Source of the DNA: a virus
Taxonomy: Duplodnaviria; Caudoviricetes
Reading direction: 5' to 3' (one strand)
Virus record (IMG/VR): IMGVR_UViG_3300012919_001529
Span: 1-25,431 of that record
Length of the DNA stretch: 25,431 nucleotides
Both the position numbers and the translations under genes were made by a program. Under the pieces are notes generated by a model, which was given only the letters and a program-made list of their open reading frames with translations, searched no databases and was not told the origin of the DNA. Shown one piece after another: positions 25,412 through 25,431 of this stretch (its first letter is position 1; each line of letters starts with the position of its first letter).

Positions 25412-25431
25412 AATGTAAGCCTCCTATTTTG

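Noticed and set aside
1-25431. CRISPR array, tRNA/rRNA, IS elements, intrinsic terminators, alternative genetic code
   Set aside because: Intergenic gaps are tiny and no repeat-spacer or convincing hairpin/U-tract was seen by eye. Genes read intact in the standard code, with TAA, TAG and TGA all used as stops.

Overview
AT-rich, gene-dense segment of a large, divergent T4-like (myovirus-type) dsDNA phage genome. Most genes are on the minus strand and joined by ATGA/TAATG overlaps. Two replication/recombination/repair blocks flank a glycan-modification island of about 10 kb. The right block holds gp32 SSB, UvsX, UvsY and a HAD nucleotidase. The left block holds a HARP-like protein, UvsW, a gp62-like clamp-loader subunit, primase, gp41 helicase and endonuclease III. 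The island (11.2-21.3 kb) encodes four KpsC/KpsS-like paralogs, GT61, two GT-A enzymes, a CstII/Maf-like transferase, two FkbM methyltransferases, an SGNH-like protein and two 2OG-Fe(II) oxygenases. The most striking feature is a 196-aa miniature DnaE (C-family polymerase) that keeps all three catalytic Asp motifs. A second DnaE-like ORF, missed by the ORF track, starts at 159 and runs off the left edge, suggesting an intein-free split or duplicated minimal Pol III system. A stand-alone degenerate Hint-like ORF, an unannotated 53-aa basic ORF and candidate sigma70 and T4-late-like promoters are also seen. No tRNA, rRNA, CRISPR or IS element was recognised. All calls come from motif recognition by eye; no database searches were run.
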